Translations under genes and position numbers: made by a program | Assembly (NCBI GenBank): GCA_964016885.1 | Contig: OZ024742.1 | Location: 189,410,001 to 189,474,000, forward strand | Length of the DNA stretch: 64,000 bases | Direction of reading: 5' to 3' | Origin: Eledone cirrhosa | Lineage: Eukaryota | Shown here: one piece after another, positions 53,822-64,000 of the stretch | Position numbering within the stretch: position 1 is the stretch's first letter | Layout: each line of letters starts with the position of its first letter | Notes under the pieces: model-generated | Database searches by the model: none | What the model was told of the DNA's origin: nothing | Seen by the model: only the letters and a program-made list of their open reading frames with translations

Positions 53822-54013
53822 CCATACATGTTAACACATGTATACACGATACTCATGTATAAATTGCACCTTTATCCACAAAAATATGGTAGGAAAATCC
53901 AGCTACTAGCTATGCAAAAGTTCAGTTTATAATATATGGTAGATTGTTAATGCTGTATGTAAAATGGAGGTGTAACATATCTACCAATACAATTTATACA
54001 TGAGTATATATGG
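53822..54013. mobile_element. Degenerate Tc1/mariner-type MITE
   Basis: TA|CCATA..(insertion)..TACTCATGTATAAATTG / CAATTTATACATGAGTATATATGG|TA. Confidence 0.6.
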
Positions 54014-54443
54014 TAGTTTCTTTATGATCATGTGCAGTGTATACAGGAGAGAATAGGGGTCATATGTTTTCACTTTCAGTTTATACCCAGTCCTTTGGTT
54101 GATTTTCAGTCTCTTTCACTTAAGCCCAATTGCTCATACACATTCATATATTATTGTGTATATATTACACATTTTTTCATGAAAATATGATGAGAAAAAT
54201 CAGCACAGGTTTTATCTACTTGATTTCTAAACCCTGAATTGAAAATATATGAAATAATGTGTTACATGTAAAACTGGGTTATAACCTACACTTGTATATA
54301 TACTATATATATACTATAAAATATATTTGTGTATATTAGGTAAACATTTATACAAGCAAAATACCAGCTATTTCATTAACATTTTGATACCAACTTGTCC
54401 AAAACTGCTTCTGGCTCTATGAAACAAAACCACACATATTTAA

Positions 54444-54662
54444 CCCTTTAGCATTTACATTACTCTATATTTACTATTATATTTTCATGGTAAAGGCTTT
54501 ATCTCACATAATTATCTCATAATATCGAATCTATGACATTTTGATATTATTTATTTTGAGGATAATACCTTAACATCAGTATGAGTGGCCAGTTACAGCC
54601 AGTTTGGACAGAAAGAAATGAGAGAATTCTGGCCAGATATGGCTGGTTTAAATGCTAAAGGG
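54444..54662. mobile_element. piggyBac-type MITE, family P1, nested in a P2 relic
   Basis: Perfect 14-bp TIR CCCTTTAGCATTTA/TAAATGCTAAAGGG; TTAA TSD. Confidence 0.9.
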
Positions 54663-55111
54663 TTAAAGACTTCCTATTTAAATAAATATCTTCCAAAATA
54701 ATTACCACAAAATAGACTCATCATCGTTTTTACAACCATTTCCCTTCTTTATGCTAACATGGGTTGAACATGATCTTTGGTCAGATACACTTCCTGATAC
54801 CTATCCTCACTTGTTTTTTTTCTTTTTGTTTTGTCTTGCTTAAATAAGTTAGAGGATCTTTAGACATCGAACTACTGAGCTAGTGTGTGTGAGTGTGTAG
54901 CTATAAGTCAGTTATGTGGAGTCATTCAATGTGCATTCAAGTATGGCATTTAATGTAAAACATTTGAAAGTTGTGTGTGTAGGTAGTGGCACATAGTCAG
55001 ATGTAGGGAACTTTTTAGTGTGCGATAAAATATAGCATTTTAGTATGCATTATCTGTTTGTGTGTGTGTGTATGCCTGTATATATATATATATATATATA
55101 TATGATGATGA

Positions 55112-55482
55112 TGGTGGATGGGTGCTACACGAGAATGCCGAGGATGGCTCTGAACATTAATCAGTATACACTGAAGATGAAGAACTCAGAGTTGTATGGG
55201 AGCCTCCCAAAATTCAGCTCAAGTGTGGCACAGAGGAGACTCAGGTTAGCTAGACATGCTCACCGACATCCAGAGTTGACACTGCACTCAGTTCTCCTGT
55301 GGGAGCCCTTGCATGGACACACTGGAAGAGGAACACTGAGGTTAATATATGTTGATGTCCTAAGGACAGACACTGCTCTCTTGGAGACACAGGATATGGC
55401 AGCGATAATGAGGGACGGAGACTGCTGGAGAGAACTCGTCCATGGATCTCGGGAATTTTACCTGCCCTAAATAGATAGATAT
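55112..55482 (+). mobile_element. RTE-X-like LINE 3' fragment
   Basis: DGCYTRM.RMALNI...NSELYGSLP......QRRLRLA.H..RHPE......LLWEP.HG..GRG; (ATAG)n tail directly after the stop. Confidence 0.85.
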
Positions 55483-55595
55483 ATAATAACTGCTACTTCT
55501 TTACAGAAGAGAGCTATCTCTTCAACATTGTGTTGAATAGCCATGAGCCTGCAAATGACTATGCAAACCTGCCTCACTGTTTTATAGTATATGTG

Positions 55596-55644
<49 letters not shown>

Positions 55645-55647
<3 letters not shown>

Positions 55648-55902
55648 CATTTTATGTCCGCTTTTCCCTGCTTGCAAGGTGGGATGGGAACAGATTCTGG
55701 CTTGATTTTTACAGCTGGATGCCCTTCCTAACTCATTTACAGTGAGTGCTGGGTGCTTTTTTGCCGTGGCACCTCCACGACCACTTTACAGTGGAATGAT
55801 AGGGACCCCAGTCCCTATCATCTCATTTCTACAGCTGAGGAAACTGGAGCAATGTGAAATAAAGTGTTTTGCTCAAGGAAACAACACATCATCCGGTCTG
55901 AG
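55645..55902 (-). mobile_element. 5'-truncated family B SINE
   Basis: Reverse complement of ~22525-22795. Confidence 0.9.
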
Positions 55903-57769
55903 AATATATATATATATGTATATATCATTGTTTACCATCCATTTTTCCATGCTAGCATGGGTTAGACTAGTTGTCCCATTATGAGATAAGAAATGTCAGA
56001 TGACAGTGTCTTGCTTACATATGACTGCATCTGGCTTAGTCTCTATGGCTGGATGTACTTCCTAACAGCAAGTACATTTACAATTTGAACTGGGTGCTTT
56101 CTATCATAGCACCAAAACAACGATAATTATATTCAAAAACATTCATCCAGTGGAATAGAACCCAGAACTATACAGGTGCAAAGCAAACTTCCATACCTGC
56201 ACTTATACAGATGTGGAATGAAAAAACTCTTATTATAAAACCCAATTGGTTATGGAACTATCAGATTTTCAATTCTTCATCAAAAGTAGAAGTGGCTTTT
56301 ATAGTTAAATTAGCATATTGTATTGGTTTGTAAGCTTCTCATTACTATATTTCTAATGAATGACACTAGCTATGATTTTAAAAGCATTTTTAATATAATC
56401 AGGAATTTGGATGGATTTTGTAATACAACTTATTATTAAATTATCGTGGAATATTTTTAGATAAACTACATCTTAAAATAAACTGTCCTGTATTCTCAAA
56501 CTTGGTATAGTTTTAGGCGGTTTGATATCAAAAGGGTTAAGTGATGTTCCAAACATCAGAATAATTAAGAAAAGGTTAATCTATATTGCTAAATTCCTCC
56601 AAATTCTTTATTATTTTCAAAACGAATTGAAACACATGGGTGATGTATTTCATTTGAAATATAGTAATAAAAGGGTTAAATGGTTAAATTAGCAAGTTTT
56701 ATTCGTTTTCTCAAAACTCTATAAAATCTGAATTGTTGAAGATATTGTTTTACAGATAGATACTATTTATATGATACCACCGACTCAGCTGTGTTCACTT
56801 AAATATACATAAGATGATGTGTAAAGTTTAAAACCTCAACAATCAAGAGTACAACCCACAACATCTTGGATACTTATAATATCTGTTTGTGAAGGTACTA
56901 TAAAAGCACTGCTAGATGTTTCAAACAGCTGTTTGTTGAACAATTATCCTACCAAGCTATATATAAATCCCTAGAAATAATTAAACAAAAATTCCCTTGG
57001 GCCCTTTCACCCTTTGTTATACTAAACTATGATACAAATATATTCCCTTTAAAGTGTATAAAGGAGGGAATAGAGGTCATATGTTTTCACTTTCAATTGG
57101 ACTAGAACCCTTTGGTTTATTTTCAGTCTCTTTCACTTCAGCACAATTGTTCATACACATTCATATGAAGAGTACATGCACACAAATATATATTTATGTA
57201 AGAACCTTTGTTAAATTATGTTTTAAACACCAGTTTAATAATGAGAGAGTTAGATACAAAATTACTTGAAACCACCGATGGTACAAATATATATATTTCA
57301 AAGTGTTCATTTCTATCTAAAAATTTTCCATCATATTTTTATGTAAGAAACTTTGTTAAGTTATGCTGCAAATAACAGCTTAATAATGAAAAGTTCAGCT
57401 ATATTACTTACCTGCTTGAAATTCTTGATTACTTTCAAAACGGTTTGAAAATAATATGCAAAGCATTTCATTAGAAATATGGTATCTTAAGATATAAAGA
57501 AATTATGCAGACACATCTGATACATTTTTACTCTTTTACTGGTTGCAATTGTTAGACTGTGGCCATGCTGGGACACCTTATTCAAGAGTGTAGTCAATCA
57601 CATTGATTCCACTACTTTCATCTTTTAGTCTTGTTCATCAATTTCTATTTTTCAAATTGCCAACTTACAAAACATAACAAACTGCACTGCAAACTTTGAC
57701 ATGGAGACCCATACATACATTCATATATATATATATATATATATCATAATCATCATCATGATCATCAAC

Positions 57770-57930
57770 TCCTGTTTAACGTCCATCTTCCATGCTAGCA
57801 TGGGTTAGACGGGAGTTGTCCCACTTGAGGCAAGGTTAGTTGAGTGACCGTGTCTCGCTCATATAGGACTATCTGGCTGGTCTTCTATGGTTAGATGCCC
57901 TTCCTAACACCAACCATATTTACAGTGTGG
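57770..57930 (-). mobile_element. RTE LINE terminal fragment
   Basis: Matches 39340-39495. Confidence 0.8.
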
Positions 57931-57949
57931 TATATATATATATATATAC

Positions 57950-58037
<88 letters not shown>

Positions 58038-58141
58038 ATATATATATATATATATGCATGTATGTATATATATATATATGCATGTATGTATATATATATA
58101 TATACATACTACTGTACGTCTGTATACATATATGTATGTAC

Positions 58142-58172
<31 letters not shown>

Positions 58173-58364
58173 AGTATGTACACGTACATACATATATGTA
58201 TACAGACGTACAGTAGTATGTATATATATATACATACATGCACACATATATATATATAAATACTACTGTACATCTGTATACATATATGTATGTACGTGTA
58301 CATTTTTATATTTAAGTAACAGCCGTACTAAGAGTGGGAAATGAAATTTTGTTTCATGTTTTCC

Positions 58365-58560
<196 letters not shown>

Positions 58561-59479
58561 ATGTATGTATGTATATATATATGTAGTGTAAACACAGTTT
58601 CATATATACATGTATATCATTTTCATTAAGTTGATGTTTGGTGCATAACTTACAAATGTTCTACGGTAAAATTATGATTGAATATTTTAATTTAAGTGTG
58701 AACCTATTAAAAAGCAGTTTATATAGAATCAGGGGTAGTTTCTGGTAGGTTGGTATCACCTTTGATTTACCACTTTTGATGCCAACACAGCCAACACCAC
58801 CTCTGGTTCTATGGAACAAAACCACCCATTTTAAAGGGTCCTTATTTAGATTAATATCTCCAAAATAATTTGATGTAGGAACCTTTTGTTAATTTAGGGT
58901 ACAAACATCATTTTAATAATTTTAGTTAAATCCCTTCAAATTCTTAGTTAAATCTCTTAGTTAAATCTCTTTAGTTAAATCCCTTCAAATATGGTGAGAA
59001 AAGGGTTAAAATTTAATTTTTGAATCTCTACATAGATATGCTCCATCAACAAATTATAGGCATCAGTTACAACATACAAACTCCTGTTTCTAATTATACA
59101 TGCTCTGGACAAAAATAAAACCCTGATGAAATGAACAAAATAATTTACTTAATGTCAGTAGCCCATGTGTTTGTCATAGTATCAAATGACTGAATAAAGA
59201 AGTAGTTTAGTAATGTAAACATAGAAGAAAGAATGTTGAAATGACACAGATGATAAAAACAGACGAGAATAATGACAAAGGGTTTCTAAATTCCATTACC
59301 TTCAAGCAATCAAGCTGATGGCTGATGGCATCTCGGTCTGATAAAAGCACTTATCTTCTTCATGGTAACCTACAATTGGTAAATATGTAAGATTTATAAT
59401 GTCTCAGAACAGATGTTGAGTTGAACATATAACCATCACATGTACATTCACTGTTAATCAGAAAATGACAAAATACGCT

Positions 59480-62400
59480 ATACAGTTCTACAACTGAATA
59501 TACACAAAGACAATGCAAAGACCTCTGCATATCCCACAACATACACCATATAGTTTTAAAACTGAATATACATATATGCAATAAGAATACTTCTGCATAT
59601 CACACAACATACACCATATAGTTTTACAACTGAATATATGCAATAAGAATACCTCTGCATATCACACAACATCCACCATATAGTTTTACAACTGAATATA
59701 TGCAATAAGAATACCTCTGCATATCACACAACATACACCATATAGTTTTACAACTGAATATACATATATGCAATAAGAATACCTCTGCATATCACACAGC
59801 ATACACCATATAGTTTTACAACTGAATATACATGTATGCAATAATAATACATCTGCATATCACACAACATACAACATATAGTTTTACAACTGAATATACA
59901 TGTATGCAATAATAATACCTCTGCATATCACACAACATACACCATATGGTTTTACAACTGAATATACATATATGCAATAAGAATACCTCTGCATATCACA
60001 GAACATACACCATATAGTTTTACAACTGAATATACATATATGCCATAAGAATACCTCTGCATATTACACAGCATACACCATATAGTTTTACAACTGAATA
60101 TATGCAATAAGAATACCTCTGCATATCACACAACATACAGCATATAGTTTTACAACTGAATATACATATATGCCATAAGAATACCTCTGCATATCACACA
60201 GCATACACCATATAGTTTTACAACTGAATAAATGCAATAAGAATACCTCTGCATATCACACAACATACACCATATAGTTTTACAACTGAATATATGCAAT
60301 AAGAATACCTCTGCATATCACACAACATACACCATATAGTTTTACAACTGAATATACATATATGTAATAAGAATATCTCTGCATATCACACAACATACAC
60401 CATATAGTTTTACAACTGAATATATGCAATAAGAATACCTCTGCATATCACACAACATACACCATATAGTTTTACAACTGAATATACATATATGCAATAA
60501 GAATACCTCTGCATATCACACAACATACTCCATACAGTTTTTCAACTGAATATATGCAATAAGAATACCTCTGCATATCACACAACATACTCCATATAGT
60601 TTTACAACTGAATATAAATGTATGCAATAAGAATACCTCTTCATATCACACAACATACACCATATAGTTTTACAACTGAATATACATATATGCAATAAGA
60701 ATACCTCTGCATATCACACAACATACACCATAGAGTTTTACAACTGAATATACATGTATGCAATAAGAATACCTCTGCATATCACACAACATACACCATA
60801 TAGTTTTACAACTGAATATACATATATGCAATAAGAATACCTCTGCATATCACACAACATACACCATATAGTTTTACAACTGAATATACATATATGCAAT
60901 AAGAATACCTCTGCATATCATACAACATACACCATATAGTTTTACAACTGAATATATGCAATAAGAATACCTCTGCATATCACACAACATACACCATATA
61001 GTTTTACAACTGAATATACATATATGCAATAAGAATACCTCTGCATATCATACAACATACACCATATAGTTTTACAACTGAATATATGCAATAAAAATAC
61101 CTCTGCATATCACACAACATACACCATATAGTTGTACAACTGAATATACATATATGCAATAAGAATACCTCTGCATATCACACAACATACACCATATAGT
61201 TTTACAACTGAATATACATATATGCAATAAGAATACCTCTGCATATCACACAACATACACCATATAGTTTTACAACTGAATATACATATATGCAATAAGA
61301 ATACCTCTGCATATCACACAACATGCTCCATATAGTTTTACAACTGAATATACATATATGCAATAAGAATACCTCTGCATATCACACAACATACACCATA
61401 TAGTTTTACAACTGAATATACATATATGCAATAAGAATACCTCTGCATATCACACAACATGCTCCATATAGTTTTACAACTGAATATATGCAATAAGAAT
61501 ACCTCTGCATATCACACAACATACACCATATAGTTTTACAACTAAATATACATATATGTAATAAGAATATCTCTGCATATCACACAACATACTCCATACA
61601 GTTTTACAACTGAATATATGCAATAAGAATACCTCTGCATATCACACAACATACACCATATAGTTTTACAACTGAATATACATATATGCCATAAGAATAC
61701 CTCTGCATATCACACAACATACTCCATACAGTTTTACAACTGAATATACATATATGCAATAAGAATACCTTTGCATATCACACAACATACTCCATACAGT
61801 TTTACAACTGAATATACATATATGCAATAAGAATACCTCTGCATATCACACAACATACACCATATAGTTTTACAACTGAATATGCATATATGCAATAAGA
61901 ATACTTCTGCATATCACACAACATACACCATATAGTTTTACAACTGAATATACATATATGCAATAAGAATACCTCTGCATATCACACAATATACACCATA
62001 TAGTTTTACAACTGAATATATGCAATAAAAATACCTCTGCATATCACACAACATACTCCATACAGTTTTACAACTGAATATACATATATGCAATAAGAAT
62101 ACCTCTGCATATCACACAACATACTCCATACAGTTTTACAACTGAATATACATGTATGCAATAAGAATACCTCTGCATATCACACAACATACTCCATACA
62201 GTTTTACAACTGAATATATGCAATAAGAATACCTCTGCATATCACACAACATACACCATATAGTTTTACAACTGAATATACATATATGTAATAAGAATAT
62301 CTCTGCATATCACACAACATACACCATATAGTTTTACAACTGAATATACATATATGCAATAAGAATACCTCTGCATATCACACAACATACTCCATACAGT

Positions 62401-63690
62401 TTTACAACTGAATATACATATATGCAATAAGAATACCTCTGCATATCACACAACATACACCATATAGTTTTACAACTGAATATGCATATTTGCAATAAGA
62501 ATACTTCTGCATATCACACAACATACACCATATAGTTTTACAACTGAATATACATATATGCAATAAGAATACCTCTGCATATCACACAATATACACCATA
62601 TAGTTTTACAACTGAATATATGCAATAAAAATACCTCTGCATATCACACAACATACTCCATACAGTTTTACAACTGAATATATGTAATAAGAATACCTCT
62701 GCATATCACACAACATACACCATATAGTTTTACAACTGAATATACATATATGTAATAAGAATATCTCTGCATATCACACAACATACACCATATAGTTTTA
62801 CAACTGAATATACATATATGCAATAAGAATACCTCTGCATATCACACAACATACTCCATACACTTTTACAACTGAATATACATATATGCAATAAGAATAC
62901 CTTTGCATATCACACAACATACACCATATAGTTTTACAACTGAATATACATATATGCAATAAGAATACCTTTGCATATCACACAACATACTCCATACAGT
63001 TTTACAACTGAATATACATATATGCAATAAGAATACCTCTGCATATCACACAACATACACCATAGAGTTTTACAACTGAATATGCATATATGCAATAAGA
63101 ATACTTCTGCATATCACACAACATACACCATATAGTTTTACAACTGAATATATGCAATAAAAATACCTCTGCATATCACACAACATACTCCATACAGTTT
63201 TACAACTGAATATACATATATGCAATAAGAATACCTCTGCATATCACACAACATACTCCATACAGTTTTACAACTGAATATACATGTATGCAATAAGAAT
63301 ACCTCTGCATATCACACAACATACACCATATAGTTTTACAACTGAATATATGCAATAAGAATACCTCTGCATATCACACAACATACTCCATATAGTTTTA
63401 CAACTGAATATATGCAATAAGAATACATCTGCATATCACACAACATCCACCATATAGTTTTACAACTGAATATACATATATGCAATAAGAATACCTCTGC
63501 ATATCACACAACATACACCATATAGTTTTACAACTGAATATACATATATGCAATAAGAATACCTCTGCATATCACACAACATACTCCATACAGTTTTACA
63601 ACTGAATATACATATATGCAATAAGAATACCTCTGCATATCACACAACATACTCCATACAGTTTTGCAACCAAATATACATAAATACAAT
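59480..63690. repeat. 4.2-kb satellite, 68/62-bp monomers (~63 copies)
   Basis: gcaataagaatacctctgcatatcacacaacatacaccatatagttttacaactgaatat(acatat)at; degenerate monomers at both edges. Confidence 0.97.
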
Positions 63691-64000
63691 ACGATTACCT
63701 CTATATATCCTATAAAAGAAACAGAAAATACCATTTTCATATGTGATGGGGGAGTAAGCAATTGGATAGAACAGCTAAAACTACTACAGCAGACATTATA
63801 TGATACTATAGCATACTATAGACCAAATCTACAGATTTTAGATGCCATTACATATATAAACTAATTAAGATTAATTAGATACATTGGTCAGTCTTAATGA
63901 TTGCTTAATTGTTTATATAACTTTATTGTAAACAATAAAGAAGTGAAGTGTGATTGACTGAACTATAGTTTTAAACATTTTTATATTTTTATAAGTGTGG

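Noticed and set aside
59480-63690. CRISPR-like 62-68 bp periodicity
   Set aside because: The whole monomer is repeated with no variable spacers; it is a satellite

Overview
AT-rich, repeat-saturated eukaryotic DNA with no host protein-coding gene that I can support; it reads as intron or intergenic sequence. The tRNA-derived SINE families, RTE LINE tails and dense (TA)n/(CAT)n/(CA)n tracts suggest an octopus or other cephalopod genome (inference). The main element is a decayed Penelope-like retroelement (RT + GIY-YIG, ~40641-44393). Its 3' ~700 bp is duplicated as an inverted arm, and each arm carries an identical minimal hammerhead ribozyme motif; a third identical copy lies in a solo fragment at 25.3 kb. 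The window also holds RTE, RTE-X and L1-Tx1 LINE fragments, several SINE families (many with TSDs), and hAT, piggyBac and Tc1/mariner-type MITEs, some nested. There is an intron-bearing tRNA-Leu pseudogene, four large tandem arrays (two with higher-order periodicity) and several foldback hairpins. Nearly all ORFs in the supplied track are microsatellite artefacts. Coordinates were read by eye, and the edges of degenerate repeats are approximate.
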